From NCBI GenBank assembly GCA_030141605.1, contig JAQGDQ010000009.1, positions 1,116,001 through 1,180,000 of the forward strand: a DNA stretch of 64,000 nt. The letters are read 5' to 3'. The notes beneath the pieces are model-generated. The model saw only the letters and a program-made list of their open reading frames with translations, ran no database searches and was not told where the DNA came from. A program made the position numbers and the translations under genes. Position 1 is the stretch's first letter; every line of letters begins with the position of its first letter. Origin of the DNA: Tubiluchus corallicola. Taxonomy: Eukaryota > Animalia > Priapulida. Shown in pieces: positions 48,601 through 63,426 of the stretch.

Positions 48601-51600
48601 CATTTTACCCTAATTTGCTCTTTCTTGCCCTGTTATGCAGATCACAGTTATCACATGAAAACAAAAAAGCAGTTCTGCTAAATGAGAAAAAATGTATTTT
48701 TAGAACTGATGAAATGAATTAATGAATTAAAGGGTAAGAAATAGCTTTAAAATGGTATAAATTAACTAAATAATTAACGAATTATTACTTGCTGGCTTTA
48801 ACACAAGTTTACTGAAAATGTGCTGCAAATTTACAACACATTTTCACAACAAAACTAATAAAGATGTTTTTATTCCACACCTTACTGTCAATCACAGCTT
48901 CAATTCTGGCCCTGTAATATTGGTGACTTTCCCTGACATTTTGGACGGTAGGATCACGATACGGTGCCAAGCATAAGAGACCTTTCTGAGCAGTTCCTGT
49001 AATCAGTGGCTAGAGAAAAAAATGGCAAGTATGACAAGAGTGATTGCAGCAGATAAATATTCAGTCCATTCTGTAGACTGAATCTATAGAACAGACCATT
49101 CGGTAAAGAGTGCATTCAAGCCACTGAATATGTACATACAAACACGCATGTTCAAAACATTATCATGAGTTTTCCATACTATAATGTTAACATATACAAG
49201 TGTTGGAAGTTCCTAATACTCATGGTACAAACATTACAATATTTCAGGATTATTATTTGATTCTGCACACAGAAAAGAAGTGGAGTAAAACCATTTTTCT
49301 AAGCACTCCTAGTCATATAATAAACACTTCAAAGTGCTAATGAAACACTTCAAAATTATCCATTCTTATTTAAAAATCAGCAAGCAGATTTCAAACAGTT
49401 TACAATATAGGTTTTGTTTATGTGACTAAGCAGTATTCATTTTTTACCATGGCCTGAAGTAAACCAGCGAAGTAAACTGTGGAAAATTTTCATACATTTT
49501 TTCTTATAAGTAAACGAAAATCTTATAGCAAAGATATTTAAATGGAAATACTAATATTCAGTCAAACCTGTTCCTAAATCAAAATTAATCATAGAAAAGT
49601 AAAAGAATTCAATATTTAAGTGATGTTCTGTGAATTTGGTACAGAATTAATAGTATCAAAAGCCAAGTCTCTGGGAAGTTGAGTTAACTTTAATATTTGA
49701 GAAAAATGTTAGAAAGTTCCGGCAAAAAGATTATCATAAGCACCGTGTATAATTAGAGCAAAATCAATTTAAAGTCACAATCATTTCATGTTCGGTGTGC
49801 TTATTTTGAACGAGAAATGGCATCATCTGATAACCGTGCAATACAAAAACTTATCCCGTCAGTTGCTTAAGCATTGTTTTTTGCAGGTGCAGTTGCAATT
49901 GGCAACTATAAAAACAACAATGTTCAATTGTAGATTATTGCTACCATTTTTTTCCTTATTGATGAATCTCGTGGCTCACTATGTAATAAAAAACAGTGAC
50001 ATGGTAATACAATAACCAGAACTCTACAAGCAAAATAACCCGCCCCGCACCTACTATATGCTTGCACATTTGCATGACTGCAAAAATCAACACAAATCTT
50101 TAGATTAATTATGTACGCTACTTATACATTTTAAAGTATAACCCTGTGGATTAAAGCTATGTAACCACTTTAAAGTTGTTCATGATTAATCCGATGATTG
50201 ATTCTACATAAGAACAACTAAATACTAATACAGCAGAACTATGGATTTCATATTGGAGGCTTTCAACCCTTTATTGGCCACACCACCATAATACGGTAAG
50301 TCAAAAACGAAAGTCAAAAGTTACACTTCGGTTTTAACGCATGCAAAACAGTCTATTTCTTTAAGCATGTCTTGACCTATAAGTATGTGCAGTGTGTTAT
50401 TCATCGATATTTTTATATACCCAGTAAAACATTATGAGCTTCTATGGCCACTGCAAAAATGCAAACATTTTGGTGTTAACTATGCTGTGCTCACCTCAAG
50501 GTTACTGCCCTCATACATGTTAATAGTAGTTTGAATGTATTGTAAAGCCTTCACATTTTCTTCTTCCATATAATAAGCCCAAAAGTGGCCACAGTGCACA
50601 ACCTAAAGTAAATAAAGCAACTTTAGGTCAGGTGATGCCATTCAATGAAAGTAAAATGCATTTATTTTTACTAAGGAATATGTTACTCAAAACAGATTCC
50701 TTAGTAAATGTAATGAGAAAAGGTGGAATGAGATTTTGGAAGTTACTAAACAAAACTGTGATCACCAATTTTTAATCACGAAAAAATTTGAATGCCTTCA
50801 TAGATGGTGCATTCTACCAGTTTGTGTCAACAATAGAATGCAAAAACAATACATAATCTTTCTCATTTTCTATTTTGCATTAACCAAATCAACTATTTGG
50901 AAACCTGTATCAATCCATTGAACAATGTAATGATAACACTTCATGATATGACAATAGCAAGTATTGTTTAGCAAGACAAAGTTTTGTCAGTTGGTCTTTT
51001 AATAACACAACTTTTTTATCATTGCAAGTAATCAGCATAGGTGTACAACATAAAATAATCTAATACAAAAAAAAAATTACTTTGTACTATTTAAGTGCAC
51101 TGTAGTTTAATCCTGTATAAAATAAATGAACACTAAATGAATTTTTCACATGACTTACAGATGTGATCTGGATAGCAACAATTGTTGTTTGAGTACCCGG
51201 TAACGCAACCTGGCGACTAGCGTGCTGTGGGCCGTCCCCGTCTGCTTTGACATGTGTACTAACAGCTCTCAGTCTAATTAAAAAAAAATTAGACATAAAA
51301 ACTTGTCAAACAATAAGATTAATTTTACAATCATTTAGCAAAACAAAAAAGTACGTGCTTAACAACTTGGGAATTGAGTTTTTTGTACAAAATTCTGCCA
51401 CAATTACATATTAACTTACTGAAACATAGGAGTATCAACAAATCGCAATGCCAAATCTAAGCCTGCAAAACTGCCTAATCCACCAAAACCGATTACCACC
51501 AAAAGATTTGACAAGTTTTTAACTACATTACAAAGTGCAGTAAGACAGACAAATTTCTGCGTATCTAGTATCAATGTTAATAACGAGCCCTGCAAAGAAT

Positions 51601-54600
51601 ATTCATGTATGACATGCTATTTTTTAAGAGACAGACTACCAAAATTAAAAGTTATCATTTTTGGAAAGATTCAATTTGAGAATGTTTAATATGCTAGCCT
51701 AGAATGAAAGCAGAATGTTATGAACACTTATTTACCTTGTATCAGATGAGTACAATATACACACAGTACTGTCAGTGCATGTAAAATAACAGCAGATAAT
51801 GACAATAGATGCTAGTCGGTCCAAGTATATGCAACACCAAATTATAAACTAATATTGGCGTGGTGTATTCTGCATACATCTCTGCCGTTTACATCTTATT
51901 TTTGAAAATAAAATAATTTAGAAACAAAAGTGAATTTGTTAAGAAACTTTTAAAAAACTTGCTTTGCAGCAGAAATATATTCATATTTCAAACAAATTAT
52001 TCATCTGAAATACACGTCTTTGTCACAAGTTTCTGAAAACAGGTGCACATTCACCTGCTGGTATTTTGCACGTTCCTAAGGAGGATCTTACCTGTTTGTA
52101 CGGAGCAGGTGTGTCTCAGCTCTTTCATCCTGTATCTTTTCTAGCTCAGCTAATTTTCTTTCCACAAGTTTTCTGTCAAGCATTTCCAACTGCAAGCCAG
52201 CAACACGAACAGCTCTACACAATACAATAAACTGATTAAACAGAAAATTGGTATTAAAATAATCACTTCCAACATAACAGCAATAGATAGTTTCTGCTAC
52301 AATCACAGAACGATTTTTCATGATTGTGGGAGTGGAACTGACATCATCAAACAGCCACAATGATCGGAGACTAGAATAATTTATACGGTAGAGTGCGTTC
52401 TACAATGACAAGCTGATTGTAAATTTTTTTACGTGACAGTTTCAGCACCAACGCATGGTCTTTAGTTTGTGTGTCTCGTGATGTCTAAAGAATTTAAATC
52501 ACTTTTATTTGTCCGTAGAGTCAGAGACTGTAGTGAAACGTACTAAGTGTGATTCCAATTACAGTGAAGTCATTTTGGAATCAAGAATTTTTCGCAATTT
52601 GGCTGTTTGACTAAGAAAAATTCTCCAATAGAAACACTTGCAGTACAGCAATAATAATAAAGAAAAATGGCTTAAAAAACTCTGTCTCCTTCAAACTGCA
52701 AGAAAAGTAGACTGCTTGTTTCTAACCGAAATGGAAGCCTCCTCGCTACTGATTGAAATTGTTGATACTGTAAAGATGTTAGTATGATCACCCACTCACT
52801 CATTTGACATTTGAAATAATTTAGCGTAACATACATTGAAAAAATGTGTGCAATTACATTACTTCTTCTTGAAATAATCCAATATAGTGTTCACCCAAGA
52901 AAATAATACCTCTGTTAATAGCTTCTATTTTTAATACAAGTGTAGAATGTATATGTAAGCACAAACCACATTAAATGCTAGCAGTATCTAAGTACTATTT
53001 AGAGAATACTATACTCTCAAATTACAAAAATGTTAGTTATCCACAATATCATAATTTCATTCTGATTGTCAAACCTCACCTCATTTTTACAGCAAGATAA
53101 ACAGCTTCATGTATTTTGCTAACAGCTGTATTTGACTCTGATCTCTTTTCTTCAAACTCTACATATGCTCTGCAATACAACAGACATACTTAGTAGATGG
53201 AAAATGGTGTAATATCACCAAGTCATAACGATAATCTTTTTTACAATTAAAATAAGGTAACATTGACACTTACTTTTTACAAATCATAATAAGCAGTTAA
53301 ACAAGACAAAAAATGATCTTGTTGGTTCGAGTTTCATAGTGAAAATAAAGATTAGTAAGGTTAAAGTACAAAAACACAATATTTAATCCCACAGTTCACA
53401 CTCATTCTCAACTGTCGGAATCAGTAACTGACATAGCCAGTGCAGTACATTCAAAGAGAATTCTTCAAACAGTATTCAGTCACTTTTATCCGCACATTCT
53501 TACGAAAGTAAGCTAAACTTAAAACAAACAACCACAGTGGTGATTCTTAATTCTACAGACACCTTATGAAGTATAAATAATATAGCACTACCAATTATAT
53601 TTTTAGGAATTAATTCATTTTTTAAAATAAATTAAATTTTAAGATAATGCCTAATGAAAAAGAAAAAGTTCAAGGAAAGCTTCATCCCTAATAATCTTAG
53701 TATAAAGTGAAAAACTAAAAAACAATAATCTTCATTATAGTATTTTAAGTCAAGATCCTTTATAACATGTGCCAAATTCTTGCCTTCACAAGATACACAA
53801 ATAGTCCCACACGCACGCAATCACCTTCAAGAACTACAGACAACTCGGCCAACCACAGATGTAAGCTTCTTACAATTCAGCATAATTTGCCTTTTAAAAA
53901 GCCTTCTTATATTTTAGCACTTTTTCTAAAAAATGTTACAACAACAAAAAATTAAAGGTTAATGTTTGAAACCTTGTACAACTAAATTATGGTACTCACT
54001 TTGTGCTTTCAAAATGAACTTTCAATGGTGACTCGCAATTCTTGAACAGGTTTTCAATAGCCGATTTGTACAATATTCCCTCTTTAGGTGGCAAACCACT
54101 AAGCTGCAAAAATTTGTTATAGTATTTCGTTATAGTTATGGTGTTACGGTAGATAAATGAATAATCAAAAGAGATGAAAGTGCACCAGCCTAGAAATTGG
54201 TAGTTTGTTAAGGCTGTGACACACTTTCAACCCGTACGAAGCCAACTTCTAGGAAAATTTTTGGCAACTTTTTCATCTGACAGCAGCTTCAGTTAGAATG
54301 GCCACCAAACATTATTTAAATTGCAGCAGTAAATACCAATATGTACTTTTCATAGCAAAATCCCGGATGAAGATTTCCTATTATAGGAATTTTTAAAAGT
54401 GGATTTACATAAAAATTAAAGTCAAGTGATAAAAGTGATACAATTTCAGCTCATTAACATTAAAAACGTACCATCACCGTGTTACACGGATCCATTCCAC
54501 AAAGACTCCGTACTGCATCTGTCTCGTCCACATCACCTTTCACGAAGTAGTAAGGATAAAATGCAGCACACAGCACCAACTGTCAACGAAGCAACAATAT

Positions 54601-57600
54601 TCACATGGTTACAGAAGTAGGTAAAAATACAATACTGGCTGCTGTGTGCCATGGCCCACTTAAACACATTATACATTACCAAAGAAAATTATGTGTTGCA
54701 TAAAATTTTCATACCTAGCTTGTAAACAATTCAGTTTGTTGCAAACTAAAAGATGCTCTACACTAAGAAGCAAAATCACGCGAAAAAAATCAATAAGCTT
54801 AAGTAACCTTCAGGACTAAACTCTCTTCATTCTTCATTAAACGACGTTGACTATCCCTCTGCAATGGACGGATGTTGAAATCTCTTAACCTCATTTCCAG
54901 TTCTTGTTTCAAATCGAAAGTCTAAACAGCAAAACAATGTAGAATGTGATAAAATTAGGGAAGTTATGAGCAAACTAAAACAAGAATACTTCAAAATCAA
55001 CAAAAAGTGAGCATACGTCTTCTAGTTTTTAAACTAAAATAAATTCAGTCTTTTAAAAACAGTTCCGGTGTTGAGAAAAAAGCCAGAAGTAACATATTTT
55101 TACTTCATATAGAATCTATAATGAATTAAATTATTTTAACCTCTTGAATGCGTTTAGCTTGAATCATGTAACTTCGACACCAGTCGTACTCTGTCCTGCC
55201 CCGTCTTTGGAATCCTCCCACAAGTTTCTCATGTTCCCACATCTGCAGGAGATAAAAAAGACAATTTTGGATGCTCTTTCAGCTTAAAATTAATTGCAAG
55301 ACGTTTTTATATTGCTATAAGGAGTGTTCGCTACAATTAGTATCAGAGGCATATGGGTTGATTTTTCCAGGGCATAGTGAGCCACTTTTGCCCAAAAAAT
55401 ACTCTAAAAAAAACTTCGAGTATTTTGATCATGGGATGGGGTGAAGCAATTCCCAATTCGAAGGTAAACTTAGAGTCAGGAATTGCTTCACCCCATCCCA
55501 TGATCAAAAAATGTCCAGATTTTTGGCATTTCATTTGGCGGCACTGAGAAATACTGAGATTTCCTTTTATGAAAAATGTTATTTTATTGTTTCATCATTT
55601 GGCCAGTGCTCGAAAAATTTTGTGATTGCCCGATAAAAATGTGTTTGCCCGAATCTCGGGGAGCTGCAGCCTCACTGGCTCGTACGCCTCTGATCAGTAT
55701 TAATAAAATCAAGATGATTCAAATGACTCACATTATATGCATTCACAATGGCATGAAAATCACAGAACATCATATCAGCAAAACTCATGAGCGATTTGTA
55801 AGCCTCCCATTGAGCTTTGTGAGGTCTTGAGAAAAACGATCGTTGAGACAATGCTGCCGCTGTAATATTGAGAAAATGATTTAAACAGTATTAAAAGCAA
55901 AGCGAAATCAAATTAATATGCACAAAAAAAAGGTAAACAGCAGGTATTACTATCAATGACGTAAATATATTAATATGTTTTATGAAATAAAATAGAAATG
56001 AGTAAAGCAATGAGTAACATTCCCATTAAGTATTTTATAATTATCCTCTCCTTTCTGCTACACTAATTTCTAACTAGGGATATTCTCATTTTAAAATGGA
56101 TGGGTAACTAATTAAAAATGTTTTAATGTATTTCTAATGTAGATGTATATAATAAAGCAAACAAAACAAAGTGAAATAACTGGGAAATATCAGACAAACC
56201 AGATCAGAAATTGAAGAAAGATACGCAAACATTTGCGAAAAATCCTGACAATCTATGTTTAGTGCATAGTCATGCGCAAAAAGGTAGGCACCAAGTAAAA
56301 TTTGCACAACTTTATAAGAAAAATCCAAAAAAGAACGAATGTGTCTAAATTTTTTTATCTACTTTCAAACAGTCATTCAAATTTTAACAAACTCAGCTTC
56401 AGTTTACATTTAGTTTGTCTCCCTTAGCAACATCTAATTAAAAACAATAATTTATATTAAGAGTGAAGAAAGATCTCTTTTGTGAGTGACTTGCGGGAGA
56501 CATACAAACAATTTTTAATACTGCTTACTAACAAAAAAAGTCTTCATGACTCTCAACTACAGCTTTTGTGCTTTCGGCTTACAACACGAAACTAGAAATT
56601 AAGCAAAGTGGATGATGAAATGAGTGAAAATGGAGAAGTATATTTAGACAGAAAAATTTAGAAACTGTATACATTTATGCATGCATTCTACAAAATGGGT
56701 ATCATAAGCGCTGTTCCCAAAACCTGTCAGAATAGGCACAGCCAAACCCACAGATAAACTACTTGTCTGAAAAGATTCTACTAAGGTTTATTACCAATTA
56801 TGAGGCACTCATTTAAGCAACCAAACACGTGTCCCATTAGCAGAAGTTTGCCCAAGCGAACATCAACGGGAAGATGACCCAAAACTCTTCCCAAAAATGT
56901 CAAGTCTCCATCATGGGGATTATTCTGGGAGGCGGTTGAGGTAAACAGCTTTAATGCTCCAATCTGACAAAACGTAAAATAGATTTAAACAAACAGGGTA
57001 AGCACATCTGAGAATTTTTATATCAATAATTGTAAATCATAATTTGTGTTATATTGTATTATATTATGCAATTAAAACAACTGATGACACAAAACTAGGA
57101 CAGCACATGAAAAAAAAATATTTTTTTTAAATAAAAATAGTAAATTATTATAGCACAGCAAACTTTAGTAAGTCTTTGATATAAAGAAGGTATTCGAAAG
57201 AGTTAGAATAGGAGTGTTTAGGAGAGTTTTCTGCTCTGTTTGAAATAAGCTTTCATAATTTTGCAGTTAAAAGAGATCGATGTTCATTATTCATATTCAT
57301 TTATTCACTGACATATTCATCATTCATTGACATTTTGTTTTTATGTTACAATGTGATTTTACTTGCACAAACCTCTTTCAGCATAAGAACTGTTCTCTCA
57401 ATATCGTTCAAGTTTGGAGGCTGCAATGCTAATGCAAGAATTGCTTTTGGTTCACCTAGATCCAGCAACTTCACTTTGAGAACAATTTGTTCCAAAGGAC
57501 ATCTCTGCAAGAAGTACATTCAGTCAATGTCAATATGAAAGTTGCTGTCATTAAAATTTGTTGATAAACATAAACTAATCCACTCAAAATTTAAGCAAAC

Positions 57601-60600
57601 ATTTATGCTAGGAAATTATTTCAATTCAATTTCAATTTATTTATTTCACATCAACAGTATATTCTGCTACAACTGAAAATAAAACAGCACGCAATAATAT
57701 ATGTTGGCTTATACTGAAAAACGGAAAAATTGTGCGAGACAAATCTTTGTAAATTTAGCTTCGAAGACTTGATATTTTTACCATGTACCATTCCAAACAA
57801 ATTACACAGATTAAAGATTGACAGAAATTTATGGTTTCATTTCACAGAAAAGCATATTGTCAAGAAATGTGTCTTGTTATTAATAGTATTACCGTATTGT
57901 TTCATATTTACCTGTGTATGTAGCAACCTACACAATGTACACATTTATCAATGTCCATTGTCACAGGTAATATGTACTTGATGTGTAGCAGTTCTAATTG
58001 AAATGATAAAAGGTCTTCAAAAGTAAGCAGGGTCTTTCATTAATAAATCACTAACATGTGTGCTGACAAATATAACTACCATTATTATAAGGGGTTTTAA
58101 AGTTTGTAAACCGAATGCTTACCATCAAATAAAGCCAAGAGACTCCTGTTAAAGGCCAACAGCAACTTACATACTAGTGTTTAAATGATTTGCCTAGAAA
58201 TTTTCATGCCTGACCTTCCATGCAAAATTCGCAAACATTTCCAGCATGCACAAATTTTATGGTTTACAATTTTTAGTTCCCCCCCCCCCCGTCTTTGAGT
58301 GTTAAATTTCTGTAAGGGTATATTCTACAGTTTGAAGTAATATATTGTGACAAACAATGTTGCTGCTTAGACGTAAGCCGACCCATCATTTGTATTTCTA
58401 AGCAGCTTGCCAATACCAACTAACAGTAAATGTTCAAAGTTGCTTTGGCATTGATTATCTCTATTGAAATTTCACACATTTTAACTAAATATTACAGCTG
58501 CATAAAAGCAAAGTTGCAATATCCATGAACGAAACCTGTTACTATGGAGAAGTAAATGTTACTACTGTGTTATAAGTAAATTGCTCTACTAATACAAAGA
58601 AAAAAAATATCAGACAGATTGCACGCAAAGACGAATTGCATTTTAGAAGTGAAGCTAATCACACTTGTGAAGTATAAAAAAGAATGACCTGAAGCTCTGG
58701 AGTAGCATAATCTGGTAAGTGGTCCTCATAAAATCGCTCAGGAACCATTCTATAGCATCTGCCATTGGAAACACGACCTGCTCGACCCTTTCTCTGTGTA
58801 CAGTTAGCCTTTGATGCCCACACTAACTTTAAACAGGAATAGTTTGTCTGGTCATCTAATACAACAGCTTTAGACAGGCAAAAGTCAATCACTGAAATCA
58901 ATAATCACAATAAAGTTATTACAAATCAAGTCTCACTACAAAATACACCACTTTCAAATTTTTGGAAAGATGTTACTTATTGCCTTGACAAGCTGTTGCT
59001 ATTGTTTTAGTGTAAACTTGTATTGTTAATGACAATACAGCTTTACACAAAAACAATAGTAACAGTATTAAAACATCTAAAAATTTAATTCATGAAGTGT
59101 TTATGCACTGCTGAGGTGAACAGTAATTGCCTTGCTGAGTGTTATGTCTTGTTATTATTAACATTTTATCTGTAATCTAATCTTTTCATTTTTCATTATT
59201 ATCTCATCATTCTCATGACACCTTCACAGGATCTAATTACGTTCTTCTTTTTTATCTACACATCGTTCTGCACTTCCGTTATTCCACGTCGACTGTTCAG
59301 CTCAAATCTTACAAGAATGCTTTTGATCTGTACAAGTAATAATTTAAGCTGCTTATGTAATATTTGTGCTCAGGAGCACATCACAACATTACGACACCCT
59401 AGGCTATTAATTCAGTTCTGCTCATTGTTATGAATATATATGAAGAGTGACAAACAATTATTTGTGGTGTGCTAACAGCACTCTTTTGCTTACATTATTG
59501 TTAATTATAATTATCTACATTTGCATAGTTCTTATGTCTAAGCAAGCTGTACAACTGTTTATAGTGTTTGGCAGTATATGGCATTTATATAACTGCTTGT
59601 GACGTGTTATAAAATAATAAAATACTTGCCATATAATAATAAATACGAAACATACACATTTTCCGAGAATAAGAATTTTTTAACACTGTGCCCCTAAAAT
59701 CTGGTACCTCTCAAAATTTGGCATCCTAGGCTACAGCTCTCGTATATATGCCCCTGTTTATCACTATACCTTACTTAAGTTTATTACGTTTGCTTTATGT
59801 TTTATACTTCTGTAAATATATTGCATGTGTATTTGGCAAAAGGAATAATAAATAAACAAACAACAATAAAAATAAACAATAATGTCACTTGAAAGTCAAA
59901 GCAGTTTTGGGAATGCTGCTCAGTCGCAGTATGTCGTGCACCCAGACAATAAAAAGATACAAAAATTTCATGTTTCCAGCGCAGTCAATTAAAAACCAGT
60001 GATATAATATTATTATACTGAAATACAATTATTATTATACAAGCGTGCACATACATGGCAACTAAATATAGTCCAAACAACAAATCTTAGCTACAAGAGT
60101 AAAATACTCATACAGACAAAATGCTAAACAATACTTTAAAGGCATGTTAACTAGCCCACGGGGCCTCGAACTTGGGTCGGGAAACTTAAGTCAAGATGGA
60201 TTGCTGAACGGGTTGGCGACTCCAAATGTTAAAGAGCAGCAATATTTGTTTAAATTCTAAGGCATTTACAAGCGCAGGAGGGGTCGGTCCGTCCTAAAGT
60301 ACAGAGAATGGGCCAATGGTGATGGTGATACAGTGTGAACGGAAACAGTGAACACAACAAAGTATAAATAAACAAACTGTTTGCCTTAGGTTTAACATTT
60401 TAATTGGCATAATTAATTAATTAATTCAAAACAATAAACAAAAACTTACAACTTGCACAAGAACAGCGGGGTACCCCTCATTTAATAACAGTCTGCTAGC
60501 GTTTCACGTAGCGGGACGTCTCCCGCAAAGTTCCGGGTTTCACACACTTAGGTGGCTGGAATCACTTTGCTAACAGTCTTGTCGACAACGGCGATCGCAT

Positions 60601-63348
60601 CAATGTCCCACTCGCTTGACTGGCTTAATGAGATTAGCGGACGATGACAGACCACCAGGATTCTTCTGACGATGTCTCCTCCTAATGAGTCAGGTACCAG
60701 GCTTTCAGAATATATTAGAAGTCTACTTTTTGTGTCGCCCTGGTAGAAATCTTCACCATCATGGAAGCATGTCCATCACAGGAAAATGTCATTTGCCAAA
60801 TATCCGACGTATGGCTCACGTTCTGTCTACGCAAGATAATGACTGGCAGTGTGAACAATTCAATTCACGTAGCTATTGCAAGTCATGAAGTTGATTATAA
60901 AAGTATCAGAAGCGATGTCTTGTCGGCCAACGCCCCGACAAAGACAAAATCAATTGGCCTTTTAGCTCAGTCGGCCATTTGACCACTATCTCCGTAACCT
61001 CCTGGAATAATCTCCACCTCTCAAGTCGTACCTGCCGTGACCCAGTTAATCATCCAATCACAGCGGTACTATAGGTATGAGATCATGAAGCCAGAATTTG
61101 GTCCAAAAAGTTGAACTGTAACATTTCTTTGTTGAGCTCCCAATAGGTGGAGCCACCAGTTTATAACGTTTACCAAATTCGGTTAATTAGTTATTAATGA
61201 CAGGTTCAATACAATACATTCAGATATAGCTAATAGTTTTTCAAATGCCACGTAAACGTATTACAGTTAAATGGCTATTCGTTTTAATCTGCTAAACACG
61301 ACCGTGACAACATGTTATCAACAAGCTATTCTGCAATGCGTATAAAATTAATACATTGAGCAGCAATTTCAGCCCATTGCATCAAAAAGTGAATGCGCCA
61401 GGAGGCTCTTGTGAATCTGCGTGTCAGCTTAAAAGTGACAGACTAAGACTCCCGCCACGAATAGAGGAAGAATTTTTATTCCTCGAAGACACTCAACTTT
61501 TTCGTTACACACTAAATTTGTATAGCAATAAGCAATATTTTTTGCATAATGGTGCTTATCATGTGTCAACAGAACGCAACCAAATCTTATTCAGTAGCGA
61601 ATATACATACCATATTTGATATCAGGTACAGTAATGGAACTCTCGGCTATGTTAGTCGACAGTATGACTTTACGTTGGCCAGTTTTGGGAACATCAAAAA
61701 CTTTGGCTTGTTCTTCAGCTGTGATTGATGAGTGCAGGGGAAGCACATTCAAACTAAAATTTAAACAAATATTCAGACTTCAAACGTTGCTTAAAGAGGC
61801 ATAATAGAATAGAAAAAAAACGATAATTAGACTCTGGCTTCAATAATAAGAAATAATCATTTTTTTAGACTTTAGATGATATATAATATTATGTTATGAT
61901 ATTTCAGAATTAATGAGTAATCGAATCATTGCAGTTGCAGAAAATTCTTGTAGGGCATTTTAAACTGTGTAGGGCATTTTAAACTGTACAACATGAGAAT
62001 TTTTATAACATGATTACCATCCTTTGATGAAACTTGACTCATGTTGGTATTAGCATCAGGAATTTAGGTCTATTTGATCAATCACCAACATGAAACAGTA
62101 ATAATGAAACACTTCCAAGGATATGCTGATAGTTAATAGTGCTTTCATAAACTCATGTTATCGGTTTAAATTCAAAACAGAATTAACAATACATAATACC
62201 AGTAATCCTGAGCATAATTGTATTTGTGAACACACACAAAAACACTAAATAAATGTCTTCTAATTTCAAGGTTTAAAATTAAATTATTAGGCGTTAAGAA
62301 AGCTGTCAATAATTGCAGTTCAACAAAATGGCTAAGACTGAGTGAATAAATGGGAAAGTTAAATAACTAATAGAGATCTTGATGAGTGAAAGCTAGATAA
62401 TAATAGACAAGATGGCTCATATTTGCTTTGATATAAGTATAAGTACTTCTAGATACCTTTCTGTTGAATGTAGCAAATTTCTACAATGTTCATTCCGGCA
62501 ATATTCTTATTTCTGAATTAAATGTAAGAGAAACCTTTGAGCAAAAATTATTAGAAGACCAGCCACTAGTCTATATACATCAGTTAGTACATCATTTAAA
62601 CATTTTCTCACGTGTCACAAAAGAAAACTGTTCATGCTATTGTATTCTATAAATAAATCACTAGCTGGTTAACTCAGTAATTGAAAGTGAAAAAATGCAC
62701 CGGAAAAATATCGAGAGAACAGTTAACAAAATTTACCAAAGTGATAGATCTTGACTTAACACTTCTTCCATTTTGTTTATCTCATTAATCCCTGGTAAGA
62801 AGATCAGGAGAGACCCGCGTTCAGGAGCAAATTTTCCACCAGCGACACTAAAAAGTGAAGAAATACATAATGCATTACGCAGAAGCTGTAAAGTGTGAAC
62901 TAAAATCCTGTGTTTATAAGATACAAAAATCCCTGTATGCTTTATGCTGTAGAATTAACTTATCAACTATACAAAAACACTCATGTATAAAATGACACAA
63001 AGTACTAACTGGCCCACAGCATACTCTGTTTTAAAAATGTCGTTCATAAACAATAATTCTTCGACACAAACTGAAGTGTAACAATAGTTACTAAATACTA
63101 TTTGTATCATATACAACTTTAAGCTACAAGAAAATGATAACAGGTCCTTGTATATATATGACACATTTATGATTAGCACTGGTAATTTAACGTGTAAAAT
63201 TTTCACTCACAGAGTCAGAATAAATGCATAAAATGAATACAAACTGTTGTTCTCTTTGTTCCATTTCATCAAATTTTAGCACAAGTTTGTAAGTTATTTG
63301 GTAAGCCTCATCTGTAATCCCAGGATCTCCGTAAACCGGATAAGGTAC
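40036..63348 (-). CDS. TDRD9: ATP-dependent RNA helicase TDRD9 / spindle-E (DExH helicase C-terminal domain, HA2, Tudor, C-terminal C2H2 finger), 5'-truncated
   Basis: 26 frame-consistent minus-strand exons: 63348-63245, 62847-62737, 61753-61611, 58891-58689, 57504-57373, 56963-56795, 55859-55732, 55242-55141, 54921-54808, 54579-54472, 54103-54000, 53169-53080, 52214-52092, 51273-51159, 50602-50495, 49009-48881, 48495-48397, 48194-48063, 47873-47739, 45737-45541, 44021-43912, 43272-43176, 42944-42806, 41912-41727, 40764-40589, 40165-40036 (TGA); total 3384 nt. Motifs: LIFLPG, LPLHS, STNIAESSITVPDIKYVIDFCL, QRKGRAGRV, HDGDLTFLGRVL, CGHFW, YYRARI and VDFGN (Tudor), FPDHDLEV. Confidence 0.95.
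40993..41523. mobile_element. pogo/Tigger-like MITE (TA-flanked, CAGT termini)
   Basis: Left end tacagtatgctttgcttagt; right end ttaagtgaattctactgta (imperfect TIR); second copy at about 3115-3810. Confidence 0.7.
42330..42610 (+). repeat. (GTT)n/(ATT)n microsatellite preceded by a probable retroposon 3' end
   Basis: About 140 bp of ATT/GTT repeats at 42472-42609 directly after a GC-richer 140-bp segment. Confidence 0.8.
46586..47380. mobile_element. hAT-type MITE
   Basis: TIRs taggggtgcaccgaa / ttcggtgcatcccta (14/15), subterminal ccgaa(c) repeats, degenerate 8-bp flanks cttgatct/tgcgatct. Confidence 0.75.
55344..55692. mobile_element. hAT-type MITE containing an internal perfect hairpin
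   Basis: TIRs cagaggcatatg / cgtacgcctctg; 8-bp TSD attagtat/atcagtat (7/8). Confidence 0.75.
57620..58060 (-). mobile_element. Degenerate L2-like LINE 3' end
   Basis: Minus-strand tail gtgaaataaataaattgaaattgaattgaa, typical of L2 termini; upstream sequence too decayed to translate. Confidence 0.35.
60145..61170. mobile_element. GC/CpG-enriched insert, LTR-like
   Basis: About 1 kb clearly richer in GC and CpG than the surrounding intron; candidate TGT...ACA ends (60145 or 60227 to 61123) with adjacent TGG-starting PBS-like motifs. No TSD or coding homology recognised. Confidence 0.35.
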
Positions 63349-63426
63349 CTGTGAATGCAAATTTGTGGCATGTCTTAGATTATAGACTGGAAGACATAGA
63401 TAATTACCATTTTTTGTAATATGAGC

